Source of the DNA: a virus
DNA length: 64,000 nt
IMG/VR virus record: IMGVR_UViG_3300011113_000238
Location: 20,111-84,110 of that record
Strand: one strand, 5' to 3'
The notes under the pieces are model-generated. The model was given only the letters and a program-made list of their open reading frames with translations. It ran no database searches and was not told the DNA's origin. Within the stretch, counting starts at the first letter, position 1. Each line of letters starts with the position of its first letter. A program made the translations under genes and the position numbers. Below are positions 19,239 to 28,651 of the stretch, in pieces.

Positions 19239-21944
19239 TTACTGGCAAGCCTCACATTCAGAACCTTTACTGGCTTGTACACCAGCTTGAGTATGAACGT
19301 AATACAGCGCTAGTACGTTCGGATCAGCAAACGCTTCCTCGTGTACTTCTGCGATCCAAGCAGGGTCTTCATCAGCAGCAAAGAACAGGTTCAGTGACTG
19401 CCACTGGTCAACATACGTACTACGTGCGCTTGCCAACCGAAGAACCGCTTTCTGATTAATCTCAAAGGCCGTCTTGAATACTTCCTTCTCTTTATCCGTA
19501 AGCCAAGTCACATGCTGAACCGAACCTTGTGCGTTAGTAATCTCCTGAACGTGCTTACGAGTATACACTCCTTTGGACTTCATCAGTTCAAGTAGCACAG
19601 GATTCAATCTGTCAATTTCACCTGCAGCTGTCATCTGAGTATAACCCATAGCTGGATCAGGATTGATACCTTCTGATACAGAACCAATAAGCAACGATGT
19701 ACTCTTAGTCGGGGCAATAGCAATCAAGTGAGTATTACGCACTCCGTAACCTTTGCACCATTCAGGTTCACCTAGTTCTACGGCAGCATCTGCACTAGCT
19801 TGCTTCGCTTGTTTTGCAATATGCGCTTGGATCTCCTGACTGAGCATATGAGCATCAAATGATTCAAATGATAACCCTTTACTCATAAACAATGTATGCA
19901 CACCACACAGACCTAGACCAAGTGCTCTACTCTTCTCCGTGAACCGAACAGCCTTCTCAAGACCTCGGATACCTTTGGCACGTTCAATAAACTCACCAGC
20001 TACACAATCCAGAAACAATGTAGCCCAGTATACAGCGTCAGTATTCTTCCACTCGTCATATCGGAAAGCATTCATCGAAGAAAGAACGCATGTGTATGTG
20101 TGTTCAGCATCATTAAACAGCATAATTTCCGAGCACTGTCCTGTCAGAATACCATTGAAAACACCCATGTGTCGTTTTGGTTCGGTAAAGCAGTATGTAT
20201 CGTCGTAGCGTCCTTCATCTGTCACTGCTGTGACCTTTACGAACTGAGTACATTCGCGATTGGGACGATGATCTGAAATTTCAAGTCGATGAGGTTTAAA
20301 TCCTAATTCGCTCAAAGTACAAATTCCAGTTTGACCAATCAAGAGTCGATACGCCTTTTGAGTCCAGTATTCACCCATTTCACCAGAGCCATCATTCTTC
20401 GGTAGCAGCTTCCAACCTTCGTCTTTAGCCATTGTAACCTTAGATGACACACCCAATGTCTGTAGCATCATTTGTACTTCCTGCAGAAATACCTTATTTA
20501 TACTACCAACTTGAATACTCTGTGTTTTACCGTTTCTAGTGATTGTCCCATCGCCATCGCAAAGACCCGCAAACCACTCAAGTTTGGACTTGATTGTGTA
20601 ATCTCCACTAGGTACTGTAAACTTTTTAGCCAAGAGCTTACTTGTAGCAATCTCTCGATTCTCGGTTTCCTGCACATACCAGTTATGGAAGATACTCGTA
20701 TCAACAAATTCTTTAAGTTTACGCTTGTCATGATAGAAATAAATCTTTTGCTGCGCACCGTCTACAAAACCTTCGGCACTATACAGACCGTTCTCGTAAG
20801 CATGATCAAATACTTCCTTACCTTCGATAATCGGAAAATCACTTTTAATTAGCTTATCTCCAGCTTTCAGGTCAATAGCTCGTTTTTCAACTGTCCAACG
20901 ATTACCAGAAGTAGGATGACGCATTGCAACGTAGAACTTATGGTAAGGTGTGCATTCCAACTCAAACCCACTGTTAGTACTAACCTTAATCAGTTTTTGG
21001 TTTTCACCAGTCTTACGAACAACAACATTTGAAAACTCCTTACCATTCCACACATTCACCGCTTCGTTCTCAAGATCGGCAATTTGTTGGTAACCTTCAT
21101 CAGTCAAGATCAATGTTTCAGGAGCTACGCACAATTGCGAGTTGTTAATGAACAACCCCTTGTCTACGTACATTTGCGGACGTTTAGCGTTAGCCTTATC
21201 AACAAAGAAGAAGTAACCTTTACCTGTGATCATTTTCAACTTCATTGCCTTTTGGAAACGAGCGATAGCATCAGGGTCTTTGCGGTTAAGTCGATCAATG
21301 AATGTCTGTCTGATTGTCCAACCCAAATTCAGATCATCAGGTTCTGCGTTTGCATGATCTGCTAACTCAAAGAAGTCACCGTGCTCAATATCCAAGTAGC
21401 AAGCCCAAGCACCCCTACGAGCAGTACCTTGTGCGATGTTACGCATAGCATTTACATGCTCTTTGATAATCGGGAGTACACCGCTTGCTTTACCGCCTAC
21501 ACTGATACTAGAACCACGAGGGCGAATATTACTCAGGTCAGTAGCTGTACCAAAACCATATTTAGTTAACATCGCTACTTCGTGAAGGTTACTATAGAAA
21601 CCATCCACAGAATCATCCGCAATTGTACCTGAGCAAGATACAGGCATACCTCGGGTTGTACCCATGTTTGCGAATACTGGAGTACTAGGGGATACCCAAC
21701 CTTTCCATAAAAGCTCAAAGAACTTCGATTCAGCTTGTGCTTCAAACTTAGTACCTTTTAGATGTTTAGCTGCAGTACGTGCGATGCGTTCAAACTGACC
21801 TTTGACAGATCGACCGTGAACTTCGTATTCGTACTTCTCCTTAAACATCTGGAAACCTGCAGTTGTATACCAGTCAGGAACTAGACCTTGTTGTTGTAGT
21901 TGTTTGCGTTCTTCGCTTAGTTTGCGATAAATATTATCAGTCAT
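19239..21944 (-). CDS. nrdA: class I ribonucleotide reductase alpha subunit, intein-containing, no ATP cone
   Basis: SPSTPV, PVSC, LCSEI after splicing, CVLSS, IAPTKSTS, LYY, C-terminal CEAC; start moved to ATG 21944. Confidence 0.95.
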   Translation of the reverse strand: MTDNIYRKLSEERKQLQQQGLVPDWYTTAGFQMFKEKYEYEVHGRSVKGQFERIARTAAKHLKGTKFEAQAESKFFELLWKGWVSPSTPVFANMGTTRGMPVSCSGTIADDSVDGFYSNLHEVAMLTKYGFGTATDLSNIRPRGSSISVGGKASGVLPIIKEHVNAMRNIAQGTARRGAWACYLDIEHGDFFELADHANAEPDDLNLGWTIRQTFIDRLNRKDPDAIARFQKAMKLKMITGKGYFFFVDKANAKRPQMYVDKGLFINNSQLCVAPETLILTDEGYQQIADLENEAVNVWNGKEFSNVVVRKTGENQKLIKVSTNSGFELECTPYHKFYVAMRHPTSGNRWTVEKRAIDLKAGDKLIKSDFPIIEGKEVFDHAYENGLYSAEGFVDGAQQKIYFYHDKRKLKEFVDTSIFHNWYVQETENREIATSKLLAKKFTVPSGDYTIKSKLEWFAGLCDGDGTITRNGKTQSIQVGSINKVFLQEVQMMLQTLGVSSKVTMAKDEGWKLLPKNDGSGEMGEYWTQKAYRLLIGQTGICTLSELGFKPHRLEISDHRPNRECTQFVKVTAVTDEGRYDDTYCFTEPKRHMGVFNGILTGQCSEIMLFNDAEHTYTCVLSSMNAFRYDEWKNTDAVYWATLFLDCVAGEFIERAKGIRGLEKAVRFTEKSRALGLGLCGVHTLFMSKGLSFESFDAHMLSQEIQAHIAKQAKQASADAAVELGEPEWCKGYGVRNTHLIAIAPTKSTSLLIGSVSEGINPDPAMGYTQMTAAGEIDRLNPVLLELMKSKGVYTRKHVQEITNAQGSVQHVTWLTDKEKEVFKTAFEINQKAVLRLASARSTYVDQWQSLNLFFAADEDPAWIAEVHEEAFADPNVLALYYVHTQAGVQASKGSECEACQ
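20136..21131 (-). mobile_element. 332-aa intein with LAGLIDADG endonuclease in NrdA
   Basis: CVAPETLILTD...CTPYHKF...FAGLCDGDG...DTYCFTEPKRHMGVFNGILTGQ/C. Confidence 0.95.
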
Positions 21945-22926
21945 TCGTACCTTTCCATGTAAAACCTGTTTCGTCCCAGTTTCTGTTATATTGATTACCC
22001 ACGCCTGAGAAAAAGTCGTTAAACTGATAGTCGTTAATCCCTTTGTAAAACCAGTCAGCAATTGGATTGTATTTCACTTCGTACTCTTTTTCAAATCCCA
22101 ATTGCTTCAAGCATTCATTCACACGACTTTGCACAAAGTTCTCAAGTTGATGCGCAGTGATACCCTTGATTTCACCCTTCTCAAAGATCATCTGGATAAT
22201 CTGACATTCATGCTCATAAATCTTACGAGCAGTTTCACGCACCAATTGTTCTACCTTCGCCTTGCGTTGTGCAATTTGATCATCAGTATAACCTTCGCTC
22301 TTCAGCTTATTCATCTTGTGTTTGAACGCCCATGCTCCACCTGTTGAATGCAGATTTTCATCACGCACGGAGAAGTTGATTCCTCGGACAATGTTCAACA
22401 ACTTGTTCTTACCTTGACTTTGGAAGTGCTTCAGGAAACCAAAGTTGCTATAAAGAATAACACCTTCAACCAAACTAAATGATGCAAGTGAAACTAGGTC
22501 ATCCTCATGATCAATAATCTCACCAACATGCTCAACTCGACTCTTCAGTACTGCGTTATCCACATAGGACATGTAGAACTCAGGGGTATCAATGTGCAGT
22601 AGTTGGTTAATCTTATTGTAGAACGGGGCATGTACTGCTAGTTCAAACATGCTGAACACAGATGCCATACGATGAAACTCAGCACCATCAAACATATTCT
22701 TGAAGCGACCACCCCAGTATTCAGAACCTGCGTGAGTCTCGTAGATACTGAACAACTTGAGAGTAGTGATCACTGCATGTTTCTCAGCTTCCGTCATGTT
22801 GACCAGAATGTCTTGCACGTCTTTCTCTACTTTGATTTCATCAGGTAACCAAAATACCTTCAGTTGTTGATCAGCAAATTCAATCGGTTCTTTATTCTCT
22901 TCAATCGGTAATAGGTATTTTTCCAT
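21937..22926 (-). CDS. nrdB: class I ribonucleotide reductase beta subunit
   Basis: FWLPDEI, ELAVH...Y, VEGVILYSNF, RDENLH, DFF. Confidence 0.95.
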   Translation of the reverse strand: MEKYLLPIEENKEPIEFADQQLKVFWLPDEIKVEKDVQDILVNMTEAEKHAVITTLKLFSIYETHAGSEYWGGRFKNMFDGAEFHRMASVFSMFELAVHAPFYNKINQLLHIDTPEFYMSYVDNAVLKSRVEHVGEIIDHEDDLVSLASFSLVEGVILYSNFGFLKHFQSQGKNKLLNIVRGINFSVRDENLHSTGGAWAFKHKMNKLKSEGYTDDQIAQRKAKVEQLVRETARKIYEHECQIIQMIFEKGEIKGITAHQLENFVQSRVNECLKQLGFEKEYEVKYNPIADWFYKGINDYQFNDFFSGVGNQYNRNWDETGFTWKGTND

Positions 22927-22937
22927 CTTATCTTTCG

Positions 22938-23399
22938 TTATTTAGCCCATTGGGACTCGTCAATCACTGTGTACTTGTCTCTGCTTTCAAGATACTCCTG
23001 AGTATCCGTAGTTTCACTCCTTGAGCGGTACACATCTTCAAGGATTTTACTACCACTGTACTTATCAATCGCTTCTTTGCTGGCATAACCTGAGTTGATC
23101 CATTCAGAGTCTTGTCGGCTTTCACCAACCCAACGACTGCATGTTACGACTTCATTCAAGCGGTTGCGATGTTTGATTGCATCTTGACGTTGATACGGTA
23201 GGGAGGTATCCATGCCCAAACCGTATAGTGTTTTCTTGAAGTTAAACGGATCGTCAGTTTCAAAACTCGCAGTGTAATCAGGGATAGCTCGTGCAAGCTC
23301 TGATTCTGATACGATCACTTGAGCAATGATCATACTGCTTCTTTTCTCTTTGTGAGCCTGAAACCGAGATAGAGTTTCTTTTGATTTTTGTGCTTGCAT
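22938..23399 (-). CDS. hypothetical protein
   Basis: AAGGAG RBS, upstream extended -10. Confidence 0.7.
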   Translation of the reverse strand: MQAQKSKETLSRFQAHKEKRSSMIIAQVIVSESELARAIPDYTASFETDDPFNFKKTLYGLGMDTSLPYQRQDAIKHRNRLNEVVTCSRWVGESRQDSEWINSGYASKEAIDKYSGSKILEDVYRSRSETTDTQEYLESRDKYTVIDESQWAK

Positions 23400-23485
23400 A
23401 AGCTCCTTAATGGTAATTCATGGTGAGTAAGTATTATACCAGCAGAAGTACAGGAAGTAAAGATAACTTCTGCTGGTTCTTAGGT

Positions 23486-23683
23486 TCAGAGGTACTTGCG
23501 CTTTTCGATAACAGTTAAATTACCTTCTTCGTCAGTTGTCTCTGTGATGCTACTGGCAGTGTCCTCCTTGTATTTATTGTACATCTTAATCAATTGATTC
23601 ATAATCAGTACGTACATTACAACGATAAGTACAATTTGAGCAATAAGAATAAAGTTACCCATTAGTGCAGTGCTTTCTTCCAA
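23486..23683 (-). CDS. small membrane protein
   Basis: One TM segment; in operon. Confidence 0.55.
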   Translation of the reverse strand: MEESTALMGNFILIAQIVLIVVMYVLIMNQLIKMYNKYKEDTASSITETTDEEGNLTVIEKRKYL

Positions 23684-24258
23684 AGGTTTTCGTCGTAAGT
23701 TCCATTCGCAATATCTTCCTCAATTTGAGTCTGCAGTCTAAACATCAAGCTAGTGATAGCGCAAGCAAGGTGATAGCAGTTCGTACCTTTAGAATCATCC
23801 TTATCCAAGTCCAAGCGTTCACCTTTCTTAACTGCCATTATGTGACGTTGGGTAGCGTTGTAATAACGGAAGTCAGCATCTGGAACTAACCGCCAGTTCT
23901 CTTGACCGATTGGTTCATTGTAACGCACAGCACCTACTGTCAGAACCTTCACAACCTCTTCCAGAGCGTTTGTAGGTAGCAGAGCATACATTGGCTTACC
24001 TGAGTCGAACTTACGTCCTGTAGAGGGTTCTGGTGACTTTACGGAGGGTTCTTCTGGTGCGTATTGCCATACAGACTCTTCGTCTCTCTCGCACATGAGT
24101 TCTCCACTATCATCTACTAGCGGACTGCAATCGGGAGCGTGTAGCATTATACAATGCTTGCACTGGTTAGGGTCGCCAATTACGGAATCATCTCGTTTAA
24201 TGAAAATGATCTTGCGACCATTCAATTCATTGACATACAGACTCTTTACTTCACTCAT
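23662..24258 (-). CDS. dATP/dGTP diphosphohydrolase-domain (DUF5664-like) protein
   Basis: GRKFDSGKP...LEEVVKVLTVGAVRY...NW...RH...HLACA. Confidence 0.8.
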   Translation of the reverse strand: MSEVKSLYVNELNGRKIIFIKRDDSVIGDPNQCKHCIMLHAPDCSPLVDDSGELMCERDEESVWQYAPEEPSVKSPEPSTGRKFDSGKPMYALLPTNALEEVVKVLTVGAVRYNEPIGQENWRLVPDADFRYYNATQRHIMAVKKGERLDLDKDDSKGTNCYHLACAITSLMFRLQTQIEEDIANGTYDENLWKKALH

Positions 24259-24751
24259 TGTCACCCTCCTTAATAATCAAACCCAACGGTACAAAAGAAC
24301 TTACATCGTTACTGACGAAGTTACTCGGCTTACGCACCTTGTTGTTAATGTCCTTGAATACAACCAACTCGTAATTAGGATTCTGCTCATAAATAATACC
24401 TACGTCTTTATCAGCGTACATATTCAAAGTATCAATGCAAGTATCAACATCGCTTGTATTAACGAACTTCGTAAGGTTATTGGCAGCCGTAGCTTTCATT
24501 GCACCTAGAGTATCCATCTGAAGTGCATCCAGCATTTGACCAAGACCGGAAGCGGTAACCATAACATCCACGTAACCATCTAGTAGTCCTGTGTGGTTAC
24601 TTGCAAGTAGATCACGTTTAGTTTCGTTAAGTTCCTCCTGAATTAGTTCGATTTGCTCAAGCAAGGATTTCTTTGTTGGTACTCCGTCTTTACCTGCAAT
24701 GGTATTGAAGAGTTGACAATCCTTGATGAAGTCATTGGTTGTGTAGTTCAT
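24251..24751 (-). CDS. MazG-like NTP pyrophosphohydrolase
   Basis: LIQEELNET...LLDGYVDV...NLTK...KVRKP. Confidence 0.75.
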   Translation of the reverse strand: MNYTTNDFIKDCQLFNTIAGKDGVPTKKSLLEQIELIQEELNETKRDLLASNHTGLLDGYVDVMVTASGLGQMLDALQMDTLGAMKATAANNLTKFVNTSDVDTCIDTLNMYADKDVGIIYEQNPNYELVVFKDINNKVRKPSNFVSNDVSSFVPLGLIIKEGDNE

Positions 24752-24776
24752 ATTTACCTTTCTTTAATGTGAGGTG

Positions 24777-24977
24777 TTACTTACCTTTGAAAACTGCGTA
24801 GACTACTCGCGCCAACATAGCAGTAACTACTACTGAAATTAATTGCGGAAGCGTCATGTATTGCTGAATAAAAACCACTACAGACCAAACTGCAGCTACA
24901 ATCACAAGACATGTACAGAGAAACAATGGAAAACTGTCAATTAATACTGCCACTCGAAACGGATTATGTAGTTTCAC
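24777..24977 (-). CDS. small membrane protein
   Basis: Two TM segments. Confidence 0.55.
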   Translation of the reverse strand: MKLHNPFRVAVLIDSFPLFLCTCLVIVAAVWSVVVFIQQYMTLPQLISVVVTAMLARVVYAVFKGK

Positions 24978-25009
24978 TTTAACGCCTTTCTAATCTTAAA
25001 ACCTCTAAA

Positions 25010-25037
25010 CAATAAAACCCCTGCGGGTTACGCAGGG
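25010..25037 (-). terminator. intrinsic terminator
   Basis: CCCTGCG/CGCAGGG stem followed by TTTTATTGTTT on the minus strand. Confidence 0.65.
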
Positions 25038-25065
25038 ATTCTCTAATTATCTAACCTGAATTATA

Positions 25066-25131
25066 TCAGATTTTTGCAGTAGTCAGAAGACTCTTGCGTT
25101 TTTCTTTGCTGTTCAGCACTTGTCGCTTGCG
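25066..25131 (-). pseudogene. orphaned alternative 3' end of the exonuclease gene
   Basis: Encodes RKRQVLNSKEKRKSLLTTAKI*, matching the exonuclease C-terminus RGKVNKTSKEKRKCLLV*. Confidence 0.7.
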
Positions 25132-25145
25132 TTAAGCATTGTACC

Positions 25146-25940
25146 TTAAATTTTAAAGTATCCCAACTCTTTTACACGAGTTAGACAATTAAAATTAAGG
25201 AGTGCATTTTCAACTCTTTCAGGAAGTTTACATTGCAACTTTTCGTAAGCATCTTTGATATACATGTCTTTGAATTTAGCATAAATTTCCCATGCTTCAC
25301 TCTCAGATGAACAGCGTCCAATATGCTCCGATTGCCCAGTCACTGTACGTGTAACTTTCACAGCATAAAGATTACGTCCATGATCGTACTGCATTTTAGT
25401 TGCCAACTGGATAGCAATGTTTAATTCATAAGGTAGCAGACAGCACGTATTTTCCGAATAGAGATTGCCCTTTTGGTTAAGTAAATCGCTATCTAGACAA
25501 ACGACTTTGCCTTCTAAATTAGAATCTTGCATCTCTTGTTTAAACCATTTTGCAAACATCTGATAGTTATACCAAAGAGGGTCAACACTAGAACCCGCAT
25601 CACTATAGCACTTAACAGCTCTAGCGTGATCTTCACTATGATTAACACCGTAGCATCTTGATAACATACCGTGCCATTTAACATACTCTAGGGTTTTCTT
25701 GTTATTGACAGAGATAGGATAACCCTCTCCGTGAAAACCTTTACTACAGATAACTGGTCTATACGGGTTAGGAGGATTTCCATCTCGGATATTCACAGTT
25801 CTAGTCTTCACAACACAATCTGGCTCGTCCGTGTAGCTTATGAAAACACTGTCGCAATTATCGTACTTCACGATCTTAAAAGATTCTCCGTATGCTGTGT
25901 GATAAACACGATCAAAATCAGGTTTTAAACGAGCAGGCAT
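25146..25940 (-). CDS. putative homing endonuclease (HNH-like with AP2-like tail)
   Basis: EYVKWHGMLSRCY, WYNYQMFAKW, LDSDLL...YSENTCCLLPYELN; AT-rich. Confidence 0.75.
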   Translation of the reverse strand: MPARLKPDFDRVYHTAYGESFKIVKYDNCDSVFISYTDEPDCVVKTRTVNIRDGNPPNPYRPVICSKGFHGEGYPISVNNKKTLEYVKWHGMLSRCYGVNHSEDHARAVKCYSDAGSSVDPLWYNYQMFAKWFKQEMQDSNLEGKVVCLDSDLLNQKGNLYSENTCCLLPYELNIAIQLATKMQYDHGRNLYAVKVTRTVTGQSEHIGRCSSESEAWEIYAKFKDMYIKDAYEKLQCKLPERVENALLNFNCLTRVKELGYFKI

Positions 25941-26929
25941 TTACGTTTCTCTTTACTCGTTTTGTTGACTTTACCGCGATGTACGCTTCCACAACCAAGA
26001 CACACGTACTCGTCATAAGTTGAAGATGAAGTTACAACGGCACGACCTGTTGCTTCTAGATTGTCAGAGCCACAAGTCCTGCAGCGAGGTGTATTATCCT
26101 CAAAATACATTGCAGCGTTGAAGTCACTACCAGCTTTACCTGTTTGTTTCAGTTTGTTATAGACTTCTTCAAGCACGACCACATCCTGTTTGCAGTATTC
26201 AACCATAGTTGTCATAGCGTTGACATCACCTGATTGTACACCAACCCACAGTGAAATACCAGAGTGATCCATCTTTAGCGGAAGATTAAAGTAAGCAGCA
26301 ATACTCCCAAGTTTGTTACTAGGTAACCGCAAATTACGTTTGGCAAGTTCAAGTGTATCCAGCACCTTTACAACAGGTAGGGCTGGGAAATCCCAATACG
26401 CGCTACGGGCTTGTAAAACCTTGTGGTCATACCCCTTGGAATTATGACAAATTACAGCATCACTTTCACGGTAAAGTTGGCGCAATTTTTCTACGACTCG
26501 TGAATCATTCCCAGCTTCAACTTCCTCTTTGGTGAGGTGGATCGAATCTACAGTCTTTTCACCGAGATTCTTCCAAGATGCACAGAGAATAAAACCACCT
26601 TTTTTGACGATAGCTTCCTGACTGATGTTGATCTTGTGTCGTCCGAAAAATAGACCAATATCCCCAGCAACTTCCAGATCATAGAAAAGGATGCGTGGAC
26701 CTTGTTTTTTTGGTTTATCGAAGGCTACATCCTTGGGGTTGTACTGCAGCTCTGGTACTTCTGGACTACCCTCAACACAATCATCGAAATGCTCACGTAG
26801 AGCTGCCGCAGCAATATAGTTGTTCACCGTACTCTTACTTACATCCGCAATATGAGCAATTTTACGAGAGGACAATCCTAGTTCGGATAGTGCAAGGATT
26901 AGTTCAATGGTTTCTGGGTTAGTTTGCAA
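25925..26929 (-). CDS. DnaQ/RNase H-like 3'-5' exonuclease with N-terminal HTH and C-terminal Zn ribbon
   Basis: ILFYDLE, HNSKGYD, LDTL, EYCKQDV; CRTC...CLGC. Confidence 0.85.
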   Translation of the reverse strand: MQTNPETIELILALSELGLSSRKIAHIADVSKSTVNNYIAAAALREHFDDCVEGSPEVPELQYNPKDVAFDKPKKQGPRILFYDLEVAGDIGLFFGRHKINISQEAIVKKGGFILCASWKNLGEKTVDSIHLTKEEVEAGNDSRVVEKLRQLYRESDAVICHNSKGYDHKVLQARSAYWDFPALPVVKVLDTLELAKRNLRLPSNKLGSIAAYFNLPLKMDHSGISLWVGVQSGDVNAMTTMVEYCKQDVVVLEEVYNKLKQTGKAGSDFNAAMYFEDNTPRCRTCGSDNLEATGRAVVTSSSTYDEYVCLGCGSVHRGKVNKTSKEKRKCLLV

Positions 26930-26938
26930 TTTAGCTCC

Positions 26939-27442
26939 TTATTTCTGGGTTGATGCTGCAATAGCATTTCGTATTGTATCATAACCTAAGCTACGATCTA
27001 GGATTTTAGCTGAGAATAGTTTCAAGCGTTCAGTGCCGTTACTACCTGATGCACTACCTAGTTCCTTCAGGACAACACCTTGTTGTTGAGCGTTCAGTTT
27101 CTTGAAGTCCGTCTTTACTCGTTTAAGCCAGCCATCATGTCGGTAGCGAGTATCGGGCTTGCACTCCAAGAAATCAGCAGTGTTGCGGAGAGCATCTGAC
27201 AGCGTACCCTCGTACCACCACCCAAGGCACCGTTTCCACGCTCTTTCGATGATACCAATGAATGAATTAGCTTGTCGATGGAGTACTGCGCGGACTAGAT
27301 TCGTGTCATCGTGAGCATGATCAAGTACAGCATCCTTGGTTGTAATCTTAACCTTACTAATCGGACAGATATAATCTTGTTCTTTTAGTAGCTCATCTCG
27401 TACTCGCTTTTTATCTGCGGCGTTGTATAAATCAATTGTCAT
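26939..27442 (-). CDS. recombination endonuclease VII-like protein
   Basis: QDYICPI...VLDHAHDD...VRAVLHRQANSFIG; start moved to ATG 27442. Confidence 0.8.
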   Translation of the reverse strand: MTIDLYNAADKKRVRDELLKEQDYICPISKVKITTKDAVLDHAHDDTNLVRAVLHRQANSFIGIIERAWKRCLGWWYEGTLSDALRNTADFLECKPDTRYRHDGWLKRVKTDFKKLNAQQQGVVLKELGSASGSNGTERLKLFSAKILDRSLGYDTIRNAIAASTQK

Positions 27443-27617
27443 AGCCGCTGTAATTGTAGTTGTATCGCACATTCTCAAGCTCACCTCTAGCGTACAGAAG
27501 TTCATCACGAATATGCGCCATATCATTTTCAAGCTGCTCTACACTAGCTTCAGCTTTAATTGCCCTCTGCTGCCAGTATACCAGTTCAGCTTCGGTGTTA
27601 CCTGTTGGTTCTTTCAT
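27432..27617 (-). CDS. hypothetical protein
   Basis: AAGGAGG RBS, in operon. Confidence 0.6.
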   Translation of the reverse strand: MKEPTGNTEAELVYWQQRAIKAEASVEQLENDMAHIRDELLYARGELENVRYNYNYSGYDN

Positions 27618-27626
27618 AGCACCTCC

Positions 27627-28604
27627 TTATAAAGTTACATCGTATTTACTGCAGAACTTCTCAAAGTTCAGATCATCATTAACCTTTGATTTCATCCTGC
27701 AAGCCTTGAAGTACAAATCCAAAAGGTACTTGTAGTTTGCAGTAATCTCTGCACCGTTCCATGCTGTATATTTAAAATCATCCATTCCGTACCAAGTCAC
27801 GTACTGCTTGATTACAGCTTGCAATGCTTCGCGTTCGTTCTTGCAGTTCTTCAGGAGGTTATATGCACTCTTCTCACCGAAGCGAACTCCTGCAAGCTCA
27901 TACGGGCAATACCCATCGCTTCTGTCACCCATTGCGTGTTGCATGCAATACCAGATGAAACCTTCTCCCACTACTTTCTTCTTGTCACCTTCAATCCGAA
28001 GCTCACCAAAGTCAGGTACTGTAAAAGTATCAGTAGTAGTTCCTGTGTAATCCCAGAGCGCTAAACCTGAATAAGCTCGACTATCCTTTTCATAAGAGCC
28101 TAGGATCACGTTATAGCCTTTTTCAAGGTACTCGTAGCCTTTGTACACGATAGCATCATCAGGCTCCTCTCCGTGTGTTCTGATGGCTCCTAGCTTGTGC
28201 ATGTAATCCTTAGCAGCTTTTAACAGCAGAGGTTTAATCATATCATCTCGATTGGACTTATACCGAGTAGGTAACGGAAGGTCTGACCGGAAGTTACCAT
28301 CACCTGAGATATAAATCAAGGCTTCATCGGGAGAGTGAACTTCGTTCATCCACTTTAGTTTATTCTTGATGATCTTCTGTAGACTTGCTACATTTGCATT
28401 CTCTTGCAAGTCCTTGAAGGTGTAATCCTCAGCGACATAAGGGAACGCTTTCTTCTCTAGGAACTCCTTGAACTCCGTGCGGTTCTTCACGAGTTTCTTG
28501 CGGTTACTCCTAACGTGCGTTACCTCCACGCTTCGATCTTCGCAGACTGCAGCAGCGGAGAATGCTATCGTATCTGCATCAACGATTAATATTTTCTTAG
28601 GCAT
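27627..28604 (-). CDS. 5'-3' exonuclease (T7 gp6-like)
   Basis: IVDAD, NFR...YKSNR...KP, EPDD, EKD, GDRSDGY, GEKSA. Confidence 0.85.
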   Translation of the reverse strand: MPKKILIVDADTIAFSAAAVCEDRSVEVTHVRSNRKKLVKNRTEFKEFLEKKAFPYVAEDYTFKDLQENANVASLQKIIKNKLKWMNEVHSPDEALIYISGDGNFRSDLPLPTRYKSNRDDMIKPLLLKAAKDYMHKLGAIRTHGEEPDDAIVYKGYEYLEKGYNVILGSYEKDSRAYSGLALWDYTGTTTDTFTVPDFGELRIEGDKKKVVGEGFIWYCMQHAMGDRSDGYCPYELAGVRFGEKSAYNLLKNCKNEREALQAVIKQYVTWYGMDDFKYTAWNGAEITANYKYLLDLYFKACRMKSKVNDDLNFEKFCSKYDVTL

Positions 28605-28651
28605 GTTCCTCCTATAAACAAATAAGCCTCAGCTTTCGCTGAGGCCTTACG

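Noticed and set aside
21945-22061. N-terminal extension of NrdA given in the ORF track
   Set aside because: Overlaps the nrdB 3' end; ATG 21944 with an AAGG RBS is the better start
25066-25980. Group I intron in the exonuclease gene
   Set aside because: The endonuclease ORF fills nearly the whole interval, leaving no room for a ribozyme core, and there is no terminal G at the junction
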